Origin: Octopus bimaculoides
Lineage: Eukaryota
Length of the DNA stretch: 64,000 bases
Direction: 5' to 3'
Assembly (NCBI RefSeq): GCF_001194135.2
Contig: NC_069000.1
Location: forward strand, 41,670,665 to 41,734,664
Below, piece after piece: positions 11,891 to 24,308 of the stretch. A program made the position numbers and the translations under genes. Below the pieces are notes generated by a model. That model was not told the DNA's origin. It searched no databases and saw nothing but the letters and a program-made list of their open reading frames with translations. Within the stretch, counting starts at the first letter, position 1; the number at the start of each line of letters is the position of its first letter.

Positions 11891-14800
11891 GTAAGCTACT
11901 GTCCTCAGCTCATTTTTGTTAGTATTTTATTTTAAGATGATTGGGTTCCAAAGTGGCCTCATAATTAAGTTTGTTGAGCTGTGATGGATACATCCTCTTC
12001 ATTATAAGCTTATGTTGTTATTTAAACTCAAGTCAGCTCTGATCAGACAGACCCATGATTAACTTGTGAATGTTCAAATTATTCTGACAAATGCAATACT
12101 TATATATTCACTTTGTTTTGAATGAAGTATGCATTGTCTTATCCTCATCATCATCATCATCATTTAATGTTCGTTCCCATGCTGGCATGAATTGGACAGC
12201 ATTTGCCATCTTACAAGTGATTTTGTTGGTTTCCAAACTTCAGTGGAAAACATATCTGGCCATGGGGAATATTACTTCATTTGGAAAACAGGTGAGGGTT
12301 GGCGACTGGTAGATCATCCAGCCAGAGAAATCTGCCTCAACTAATTCTCTCTGACTCATGCAAGCATGGAAAAATGGATGGTAAATGATGATGACATCTA
12401 TCTGTCTGTCCGTCCATTCATCCATGTATCTATCTATTCATCCATCCATCCATCTAGCTGGGTACATACATACCTAGATAGATGAATAGATAGACAGACA
12501 AGCAGGCAGGCAGATAAACAGATGGATGGATGGATGGATAGATAGATAGATAGATGAATGGAGAAGTAGATAGATAGATGAATGGAGAGGTAGATAGATA
12601 GATAGATAGATAGATGGATGGAGAGATAGATTGATTGCTTCTGACTGTGTACCTACCAATCTATCTACTTGTCTAGCTGTTTATCTATCCGTCCACCCGT
12701 CTACACATACATTCAGTTCGATTCTTTCTCTACAGCTTTTGTTCATCATTTTCGAAATTTAAATCCAATTTACCTCATTTCACAAACATGATGACAATGG
12801 AGTACAACAGAGAGGAAATAAAACCCAACAAATTCGATTGCCAACTCCATGTGTGTGTAATCTTGTATGCCTAATATTATTAACCATATTTTCTATTTCA
12901 GATAGTTCTTGGAGAAGAGAAGACTGGTAAAAGGGCGGTTGGCTATGTTTATAACACACATCTACAGGCTTATGAAGGTTAGTTGTAATGGTGACACTTG
13001 TTGGTTCTAGCCCCAGGTCAGCTCTCATCTTGTAGCAGTATGATCAGACATGTCCCTCCATAAACGTGCTGTCTTGGTTATTCTTTTCAATTATGTATAT
13101 ATGTCCTATGCTTGTTTCTGTCATTAGTCTGTGACCATGCTGGGGCACTGCCTCAAAGAGTTTTAGTTGAATGAAATCAATCCCGGTACTTCGTTTTGGG
13201 ATTTGGTTTGCAAGATTCTTTATGTGAGTTCGTGTGTTGAAGCATATTCTGTTGTGTCTGGGGAGAGTCATTTTCTTTTTGTGCCGTATAATTTAACACA
13301 CTCACCGGTAAAGACAGTCAAGACTATTGAAAAGGTTGCAAGATGCAACGAAAGTTTTAGGAAAATAAAAATAAGGAATAAGTGGAACTTTTACTGGTGA
13401 GTGTGTTAAATTATAAGGCACAAAAAGAAAATGACTCTCCCCAGACACAACAGAATCCGGGTACTTTTTTATTTTTTTAAACATACCTAGTCATGGGGAA
13501 ATATTACCTCGTTCCAGAAACAGGTGAGGACTGACAAATAGGAAGCAACCATCAAAGATCTACAAATGAACAAATTTTGTCTGACACATGCAAGCATGGA
13601 AAAATGGATGTTAAACTGATGACGATAAGAACATGTTCTCACTCTCTTCGTTTTTGCCTTTATTTTGAAGAGGAATTTGGGGGAAAAAAAAGTCAATAAG
13701 GAGATATATTTACTGGCACTTGTTTTAATTAACTTTCATGGTTTTAATCAATTTTGGAGAGAAAGCAAATGAATACGTGCTTGTGTGTGTGTGTGTGTGT
13801 GTGTTATCAAGAGAGAGAGAGAAGAGTTATAATGTTTACTTTAGCAGTATTAGTTAGACTCTTTACCGACTGCAAGTTGTGGAACCACTTCCTAAACCTT
13901 TTTGATTAGAACAGAATTTATAATCAGAATTCTGAAACTCGTTATTTTTTTTCTTATTGTTATATATTTTATTTTATTTATAATTTTTTTTACTGTCTGG
14001 GTGGGAGGGGTAATGAGGTTGGCATCGATCTAATTATGGTCAGCTTAATTTAACTGACGGTTTTGCAATATTTATTTGGTTGGTTGTTGAAAATTTAAGT
14101 ACCGTGGTGCAAAACTGAGAACTATGGGTGCACAAACCCCCGTTTTGTTTCCACACTGATAACGATTGTGTGGGTTCATGTATGTATGCTGGTATTTCGA
14201 TTATTTCTACTTTTTATTTATTTTTTATTAGAAAAGATTTCTTTTTGCTTTTTGGTTGGTAGCATGACTTGTATTCATCATCATCATCATCATTGTGTTA
14301 AAATCCGCTCTCCGTGCTTGCTTACTTGAGGTCAAATGGAGTTTGTTGGGGCAGATTTTTGCAGCTGGATGCCTTTCCTGTTACCAACTCTCACCTGTTT
14401 CCAAATCAGGTAACATTTCCCTCCCCCAAGGCCAGACATGTTTGTTTTTTTTTGTTTTTTTTCTTTCATGGAAATCAGGAAGCAAGCAACATTGCTTGTA
14501 TAACCCTGCCACATCAAAAGCACCCTGCACACACCATAAAGTGGTTGGCATTAGAAAGGGCCACCAGGTGAGGAAACCAAACCAAATCAGACTGGAACTC
14601 TGTGCAGCTCTCCAGCTTGCTAGCTCATGTCAAACTGCCCAACCCATGACAGCATGGAAAATGGACGTTAAATGATGATGATGATGATGATGGGATGAGT
14701 ATTTACAACTATTACATGATGTCTAAGCTAGGTACAGACACACACACACACACACACTCACACACATGTACAACAGGCTTCTTTCAGTTTCCATCTACCT

Positions 14801-17800
14801 ATAGTAGAAAGGATTATTATTATTATTGTTATTATACCTTATTTTATTATCACTCCTAGGTGAAGAGAAAATTTTAGACAAACAACTCAACGATATTGTG
14901 GACTGGACCACTGATTTTAAGAAGAGCACCCATCGAGAAAATGATGACGTCAAATTTGACTTTCTTTGTGGAGATTTCAACTTCGACAATTTATCACCAG
15001 GTGAGTTTTCTTTGTTATTGTTGTATATTATCATTGTGAGTGTTGTTACTGTGGTTAGCCCAAGGTTGTTGTAGAAAACACTTGCTGCACAGTAGGGCAA
15101 CCCGAAACAACGTGGTTAAAACGAGGTCCTTAACTACACAGCTATGTCTGTGCCTACGTCGATAATGTTGTTCTTATGGAAATGTTATTGTTGATAATGT
15201 TGCTGTTGTTGTTATTGTTATTATTACACTGGTTGCGAGGGTGGTGAGCTGGCAGAATCTTTAGCACATCAGGCAAAATGCTTAACGGCATTTGGCTTGT
15301 CCTTATGTTCTGAGTTCAAATTCCACTGAGGTCGACTTTACCTTTCATCCTTTCGGGATCGATAAATTAAGTACCAGTGAAACACTGGGGTCAATAAATT
15401 AAGTACCAGTGAAACACTGGGTTCGATGAAATCGTCCAGCCCCCTCCCCCTAAAATTTTATGCCTTGTACTTTTAGGAGAAAGGATTGTTACACTAGTTG
15501 TTGTAGATGTTGTTAAAATTATGGATGTTGTTGACAATGTTGCTATTGTCATTGCTGCAGACGTTGCCATTTTATTACCACAGATGCTGTAAGTGTCATC
15601 AAAGTTGTTACTGTAGGTGTTGTTAATCTTATTGTCACGGTTACCATGGATACTGTTGTCATGTGTAGTCTAGACTGACAAAATTGTTAGAGCTTTATAA
15701 AAAATGCCTTGCAGTATTTCTTTGGGCTTTCTATATTCTGAGTTAAAACCCACCTCCAAAATCAACTTCCTTTGGAGGACCGATGCTGGTGTGTTTACAT
15801 CCCCGTAACTTAGCAGTTCGGCAAAAGAAACCAATAGAATAAGTACTAGGCTTACAAAAAATAAGTCCCAGAGTCGATTTGCTCGACTCAAGGCGGTGCT
15901 CCAGCATGGCCACAGTCAAATGATTGAAACGAGTAAAAGAATAAAAGAATAAAAGAAAAACTAGACACAGACTTTGGAGTGGTGAATTGGTAGAATCGTT
16001 GGAGCATTGGAAAAAAACACTTTGTGATATTTATTCTGGCTCCTTACATACTGAGTTCAAATCCTGCCAAGGTCAATAATTGCTTTTCTTCCTTACAGGG
16101 TTCAATAAAGTTAAGTACCAGTGAAGTACTGGCCTTAATGGTATTGACTTACCCTACTCCCCTCAAAATTGCTGGATTTGTGCCTAAAATTAAAAACCAC
16201 CACCATCATCATCATCATCATCATTGGGTTACCTTTACTATCGCCCCTCTAGAGTAGATAAAATAAGTGTGTGTGAATGCATATTTTCTAGGTCATCAGT
16301 ATTATCTTGTGTAGTAGTAGTAGTAGCAGCAGCGGCAGTAGTAGTAATCTTAGCAGCAGTAGTGGTGGAAGTAGTAGTAGTAGTAGTAGTAGCAGCAGCG
16401 GCAGTAGTAGTAATCTTAGCAGCAGTAGTGATAGTAGTAGTTTAGTAGTAGTAGTAGTATAAGCAGCAGCAGTAGTAGTAGTAGTAGTAATCTTAGCAGC
16501 AATAGTAGTAGTAATCTTAGCAGCAGTAGTGGTGGTAGTAGTAGTCTTGGCAGCAGCAGCAGTAGTAGTAGTAGTAGTAGTAATCTTAGCAATAGTAGTG
16601 GTGGTAGTAGTAATCTTAGCAGCAGTAGTGGTGGTAGTAGTAGTCTTGGCAGCAGCAGCAGTAGTAGTAGTAGTAGTAATCTTAGCAANNNNNNNNNNNN
16701 NNNNNNNNNNNNNNNNNNNNNNNNNNNNNNNNNNNNNNNNNNNNNNNNNNNNNNNNNNNNNNNNNNNNNNNNNNNNNNNNNNNNNNNNNNNNNNNNNNNN
16801 NNNNNNNNNNNNNNNNNNNNNNNNNNNNNNNNNNNNNNNNNNNNNNNNNNNNNNNNNNNNNNNNNNNNNNNNNNNNNNNNNNNNNNNNNNNNNNNNNNNN
16901 NNNNNNNNNNNNNNNNNNNNNNNNNNNNNNNNNNNNNNNNNNNNNNNNNNNNNNNNNNNNNNNNNNNNNNNNNNNNNNNNNNNNNNNNNNNNNNNNNNNN
17001 NNNNNNNNNNNNNNNNNNNNNNNNNNNNNNNNNNNNNNNNNNNNNNNNNNNNNNNNNNNNNNNNNNNNNNNNNNNNNNNNNNNNNNNNNNNNNNNNNNNN
17101 NNNNNNNNNNNNNNNNNNNNNNNNNNNNNNNNNNNNNNNNNNNNNNNNNNNNNNNNNNNNNNNNNNNNNNNNNNNNNNNNNNNNNNNNNNNNNNGTAGTA
17201 GTAGTAGTAGTAATCTTAGCAACAGTAGTGGTGGTAGTAGTAATCTTAGCAGCAGTAGTGGTGGTAGTAGTAGTCTTGGCAGCAGCAGCAGTAGTAGTAG
17301 TAGTAGTAATCTTAGCAACAGTAGTGGTGGTAGTAGTAATCTTAGCAGCAGTAGTGGTGGTAGTAGTAGTCTTGGCAGCAGCAATAGTAGAACGAGTTTT
17401 CTCCACCACTGATTGCTGAAAGAGTGAAATATATTTTTCATCCTGACATTATTATGTCAGCCAGTGATGGAAAGCTAAGAGGAGGGGGATAACGCAAGGA
17501 TGGGGGGGGGGNNNNNNNNNNNNNNNNNNNNNNNNNNGTGGCATTCCCCTACTTTTCTGCATGCTGGGATGGGTAGGAGTGGCCTATATAGCTCCCCTCC
17601 TTCACCCCCACCCCCTGCTAACTGTCTCCACTCTTTCCCAACCTCATTCTCACAGACGTTTTTGCGTTCCACTAAATTCCGAAAAAAAAAATCCCCCCTT
17701 TTTCCTTCTTTGATGGCATTATGTACAGGGTGTCCGTAAATTATCTTTACAACCAGCTAGATGTGTGTGTGTGTGTGTGTGCTATTTGCAACCAATGGAG

Positions 17801-20784
17801 TCCCCCCTACATGAAAGTCTTCTGATTTTTCTTATAAGACTTGATCTGTTTTTATTCTTTTATTCTTTTACTTGTTTCAGTCATTAAGTACCAGTTACGC
17901 ACTGGGGGTCGATGTCATCGACTTGATCCCTTTGTCTGTCCTTGTTTGCCCCCTCTATGTTTAGCCNNNNNNNNNNAGGTGAAGCCCACCTTCAGAATCA
18001 CCCCATTTACAACATTTACGAAGATCCTGGTCGTGTACGTGATGGTGTCGACTGTCCCTGGGTTGTTGGTAAGGAAACCTAACTTTATACTCTGATATTA
18101 TTTCATGCAAATCTTACTGTGCTTGTGGCTCTGTGGTCAAGGTATTCAGCTCACGGTGACCAGGTTGTGAGTTCGATTCCTGGTGTTGCATTGCATCCTT
18201 GAGCAAGGCATTTCATTTCATAATGCTCCTGTCAACTCAGCTGGCAAAAATGAGTTGTACCTGTAAATCAGAGGGTCAGCCTTGTCACAGTCTGTGTTAC
18301 ACTAAATCTACCTGAGAACTACATTAAGCGCACATGTCTATGGAGTACTCAGCCACTTTACGAGCAGGCCGTTCCATTGATCGGAGCGACAGTTAAATGC
18401 ATATATTCTTTTTACTAGTTTCCGTCATTTGACTGCGGCCATGCTGGAGCACTGCCTTGAGGGATTTTAGTCAAAGAAATCAACCACAAGACTTATTCTA
18501 TGTAAGCTGGTACTTATTTCCATCAGTCTCTTTTGCTGAAATGCTAAGTTAGAGGGATGTAAACACACCAGCATTGGTCGTGAAACAATATCATCATTAT
18601 TTAATGTCCGCTTTCCATGCTGGCATGGGTTGGACAGTTTGACTGAAAACTGGTAAGCTGTGGAGCTGCACAAGGTTCCAATCTGTGTGTATATCATCAT
18701 CATCATCATCATCGTTTAACATCCGCTTTCCATGCTAGCATGGGGTGGGCCAGGTGGCTACTCCAGGCTCCAATCTGGATGCCCTTCCTAATGCCAACCA
18801 CTCCGAGAGTGTAGTGGGTGCTTTTACGTGCCACCGGCACAAAGGCCAGTCAGGCAGTACTGGCAATGGCCACGCTCGAAATGGTGTATTTTACGTGCCA
18901 CCTGCACAGGAGCCAGTCCAGCGGTACTGGCGAGAGGAGGGGAGGAGAAGGGGAAGAGGATGGGGTAGGAGGGGAGAAGAAGGAGAGGATGGAAAGAAGA
19001 GGAGGAGGATGTCTGTGTTTTCATTCATGCCAAAATGTAACTTAGTGATGTGATAAATAGATATCAATAAAATGACTACCAGACAATAAAATTACTTGAG
19101 GTCAGTATACATATATTTTAGTAACCCCTGTAAAATGCAACTAAGTACAAATGTCTCTGGTCAGTATAGATTTGAGTGTTATTTTTTTTTTTTGTTTCCT
19201 TGTGATCTTTTTTAGGTACAGAATTACGTCCACTTCTGTTGTGGGACAAAGCCATATCTACACCAGAAGGTTTGAGAATAGTGCTGCAGGATCCAGATTT
19301 ACGCCACCAATTTATCAACGATGCCAATATTCAAAAGAAGACAATATCGGAACTTTGCCACACTCTTCCACAGCTTGATGAAAATGGTAAAATGAAATTA
19401 AGATGTGAAATTGCTGGCAAAAGAAGAATTGATCGCATCTTTTACAGAAAAGAAAGCCCTGTTGTACGTATGGAAATGAAGAATAATTTATTACTGTTTT
19501 TGAAGTTTGTTTCCTGACTAAATGGTTCTGGGTTCAGTCCCACTGCATGTCACCCTGGGCAAATATCTTCTACTGCAGCCTCAGGCCAATCAACACTACG
19601 TGAGTGGTTTTGACAGAGGGAAACTGAAAGAAGCCTATTGTGTGTGTCTATGCAGTTGTGTGAGTTGGTGTGAGTTGACATCATGTGAGAGTTGTGAGTG
19701 TCACCATCATGCAAGTGAAGTCCTTCATTTCCCTTCTCCCATGGAAATATTTCTGTCCATGAGGAAGTTTCACCTTACTCAGAAACAGATGAGGTTTGCT
19801 GGCAGGAAGGGCCTCTGGCCATAGGAAACCCCTTTCAACAAATATCCATCCAACCCATGCAGGCATAGAATAGTGGACATAAAAACAATCATAATCATCA
19901 TCATCACCATTTAATGGCATACAAGGCATACTCAGGTCCTACATATGAAGTTGAGCCACACATCAGGGTTATCCTAGCAGCATTAGAGTCCCCCACCCAG
20001 GAAGTTAGTGCACTAGACCCTATAATATTTATTTATTGACAGAGAACTACAAAATACATAGATTGTAAGTGGGCCCCGGGACCTTTGAGGCCTCTAGGCA
20101 AATAAATGCATTGGACCCTATATATTTATTTATTGACAGCAAGCCACAGTATACAAAGATCAGAATTAGGCCCTTAGACCTGTGAGGCCCCTGGGCAAGT
20201 GCCTAGTGTTCCCATGCATTAAAATGGCCCTACATTCCATAAGCTTTACTCTGCTAAGATTTTGTTTCCTGAATAGGAATTGTTGAAATTGGGGTTCGTC
20301 TAATATGCCCGTACGTCTTTTATGCCATCAAATACTGTATTGGTGTTTAATGTTTTGCAATCAAAGTGGCCATTCTTTGGAAGCTACCAGCAATGTCTTT
20401 GAGAAAGGCATGAACTCCACATATTCTTATTCCTTTCTTCAATGAATTCAGTAGTGGTGGTGGTGGTGGCAATGGTGGTAGTAGTGATGGTGGTGGCAGC
20501 AGTGGTAGTGCTGGTGGTGGTGGCAGCAGTGGTTGTGTTGGTGGTGGTGGTGGTGGTGGTATTGACATAGCAGCAGCAGTAGTGTTAGTGGTTCTGATTG
20601 TTAAAGTTCTTTTTTTTTTTTTTCATTTTACCCATAGATCATTAAAAGTCCTTTGAGAAAGGCATGAAGGCTGCATAATCTTGTTCTTTACTGCTATAGA
20701 TTTCTAGTACCGAGTTGTATTGTTATTTATGTCTGACAAACAAGCAAAGTTCACTCTGTCTTGCTTCATACTTACACTCTTGAG

Positions 20785-20818
<34 letters not shown>

Positions 20819-21042
20819 GGATCACCTCTGCTGCCATCATCTCCTCCCCTCCTCCTCTGTCTGTTTGTCTGTATCTCTCTCTCTCTCTCTCAATTAGCGA
20901 CCTTTATGTTGACCTATTTAATTATCAACTTAGTTCCATTTGAATCACCCAGGAGAATCATATCATAGTCATTAAACCTGATAGTTTTAGAAAGATCAGC
21001 CAGATCTCCCTCAAATCAAATCATCGTCGTCATTGATGTCAC

Positions 21043-21075
<33 letters not shown>

Positions 21076-22620
21076 TTAACGGCTGTTTTCCGTGCTGGTA
21101 TTGGATGGTTTGACAGTAGCTGGCAAGCCTGGGGCCTGTGCCGAGCTCCGCTGTCTGCTTTGGCATGGTCTCTATGGCTGGATGCCCCTTCCTAATGCCA
21201 ACCAATCTACAGAATGTATTAGGTGCTTTTTATGTGGCACCAACACTGGTGAGGTCACCAGGTAATTTGCAAGACAAAACACCTCAACTAAGTGAGGAGT
21301 AGTATTGAAGGAGATGGCTCTGTGGTAGGTGATGAGCAGGTAGAGTAATTAAAAAAAAAAAAAAAGAGAGTGAGAGACAGAAAGACATGTTACATAATAT
21401 AAATAATGTTACCCTAGGTATACCATTTCTGAACAAGAGGCAGTATTGTATCGCAAGAACAACGAGGAAGGACATTAGATAATGTAGTCCTAGATATACT
21501 TTGTCTGAGCATGGATTACCTTTAATCACATCTGGTTGCTGGATCCAGATCTCTGTGTGTGTTCGTCTGCGAGGGGCTGAGAGGCTGCTGAAAAAGTTCC
21601 TGACTTTAAGGGTTTCGCAAAAGGCTTGGTTGGAGGCCCAACCTTCTGAGTTTAGAAAAACTGAAGGACCGCTGTAATAAGTATATGAATTTGGGAGGGG
21701 AATATGTTAAATAGAAGCATAATTAACTGATCCTCCTGTATTTTGTTTTACTCAAAGCCAGGAACTTTTCAGCACTCCCTTGTATGTTTGTCTTTATTTT
21801 GATACCATTGAAAAAAAAAAAATAGATGATTGCATTTATTTCCCATAATTTAGTAGTGGAACATGTAGAAATTTCTAAGATAAATACCAAACTCGAAAAA
21901 AAAGAAAAGTATGGATGGGATAGTGGATGCTGATGAAGAGTTAGAACCTTTCGGGTGGTGCCCAGCCATAACTGCAGTCCAATGGCTGAAACAAGGAAAA
22001 GACTAAAAAATATGGTAAAAAAAAAATAGGCAGTACATGTGCTGTGCTCTTCCTCACCCCTGTTGCCACCCCGCCACTAGTTGGCCCACTTTGCTTTGAA
22101 AATCTGATGTGTCTCGATATTGGTTAGAATGATGGCAGAGCAATACATAATGCCCCTTCTTCCACTCATCCACCGACCCACCCCAATCTGGAAACGAAAA
22201 GACTCAGAAGATCAATAAGTTGGTCGGTTTGCTGGTCAGCTATTTTAGTCCACCCCTGTGTTTGTANNNNNNNNNNNNNNNNNNNNNNNNNNNNNNNNNN
22301 NNNNNNNNNNNNNNNNNNNNNNNNNNNNNNNNNNNNNNNNNNNNNNNNNNNNNNNNNNNNNNNNNNNNNNNNNNNNNNNNNNNNNNNNNNNNNNNNNNNN
22401 NNNNNNNNNNNNNNNNNNNNNNNNNNNNNNNNNNNNNNNNNNNNNNNNNNNNNNNNNNNNNNNNNNNNNNNNNNNNNNNAGAGAAAGTGCAATGATATAT
22501 GTGTGTTTGTGTGTGTGTGTGCAGATTTACGAATGAGTGATTTTATATTCTTTTATTCTGTTACTCATTTTAGTCTTTTGACTGCAATCATGTATACATA
22601 TATATATATATACTCTTATA

Positions 22621-22661
<41 letters not shown>

Positions 22662-23155
22662 TGATTGTCCTCATTCTACATCCCAATTCCTCACTGGAAT
22701 AGGCCTGGGCAGTCATTATGGTCCAAGTTAGTTTGTACAGTGAGTAAATTGGCTCTGAAATGTGTCAGCAGACCATGTCATATGTCTTGTGTTTGTTTTT
22801 GATTCATTATGTAACTGTCATATCTGTCTATCTATTCATTTATCTATCTATCTATCTGTCTATCTACCTAAATGTCTCTCTATTTATCTATCTATCACTC
22901 TATATATACCCATCTATCTATCTACATATCAATTTGTCTGTCTATCTATTTCTCTATATACCTAAATGTCTGTCTGTTTATTTATCTATCACTCTATCTA
23001 TCTATCATCTATCTATCATTGTATCTATCTATCTATTTATCTATCTATCACTCTATCTATCTATCATTTATTTATCACTGTATCTATCTATCTATTTATC
23101 TATCTATTTATTTATCTATATATCTATATATCTATCTATCTATCTATTTATCTAT

Positions 23156-23203
<48 letters not shown>

Positions 23204-23270
23204 TCATCCACCCATCCATCCATCCATTTATCGATCGATCTTTCTATCTATCTATTTATCGATCGATCTC

Positions 23271-23305
<35 letters not shown>

Positions 23306-23769
23306 GTGTGTCTGTCTGTCTGTCTACCTATCTGTAGGTGTGTGTGTGAATATATATATATTTGTGGTGTTTACTGTCAGAGGATGTGTTACTGTGCTAA
23401 CTCATCTGCTTCTCTGACATAAATATTGCTAAAATAAACACACAAGTTTAGGTTAATTTCTTACCCAATCCTAACTTCAGTCTGACAAACCTTTTATTAG
23501 CCTAATTCTGTGAAAGTACAGTCATCATTTCAATTAATTTGGGAAATAATGAAAAATTTAGTAAAATAAATTAGTCTTTTATAATATAAAAATTTAAAGT
23601 TTAACACACTGCATTTTCTCTAGAATTGTTTCACCTATCACTGCCCTGTTACTTTGTGGGAGGGAACTCATATGGTGACATGATGCAGCTACTGTGTGCT
23701 AAAGGTTAACATCAACATTCAATGCTTTTGTATTGAGATTATTCTGTTAAATGTAATGCTTATTTATTC

Positions 23770-23830
<61 letters not shown>

Positions 23831-24231
23831 GTGGTGGACTGGCCAAGTTCCAAGCTTGCCCGATGGCAAGTTGGCCCTTGCACCATTAGAATCCATATAT
23901 ATGGGGGCTCATGTTAGCATCTTAAATGCCCATCCCCTCGAGTTTGAGAATTTTTTCTTCACTCCTGGAAGAATGCATTGATTATTTCAGGCTGACTGTG
24001 TTTGTATTGTAGACAGTTGAAAAGAATACTTTTAACAAAAAAAAAAAGAAAATACATAAATAAATGATAGCATTGTAGTTGTGGGTGGGCCCCCTTAGTC
24101 TCCTGGCAACCAATATTTTTAGACCCAGTCTGCCACTGTATATATGTATATGTACATATGCATAGGTCTATATATATATATATGTATATATGTGCACATA
24201 TATGCATGTGTGTATGCATGTATGTGTATGC

Positions 24232-24308
<77 letters not shown>

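Noticed and set aside
15363-15424. Short direct repeats with spacers, resembling a CRISPR array
   Set aside because: A 33-bp tandem duplication inside a SINE in a eukaryotic genome; no regular spacers and no cas genes.
17967-17978. SMPD3 exon 4 acceptor apparently supplied by a SINE (exonisation)
   Set aside because: A 10-N gap separates the SINE from the AG; the real intron end is hidden in the gap.
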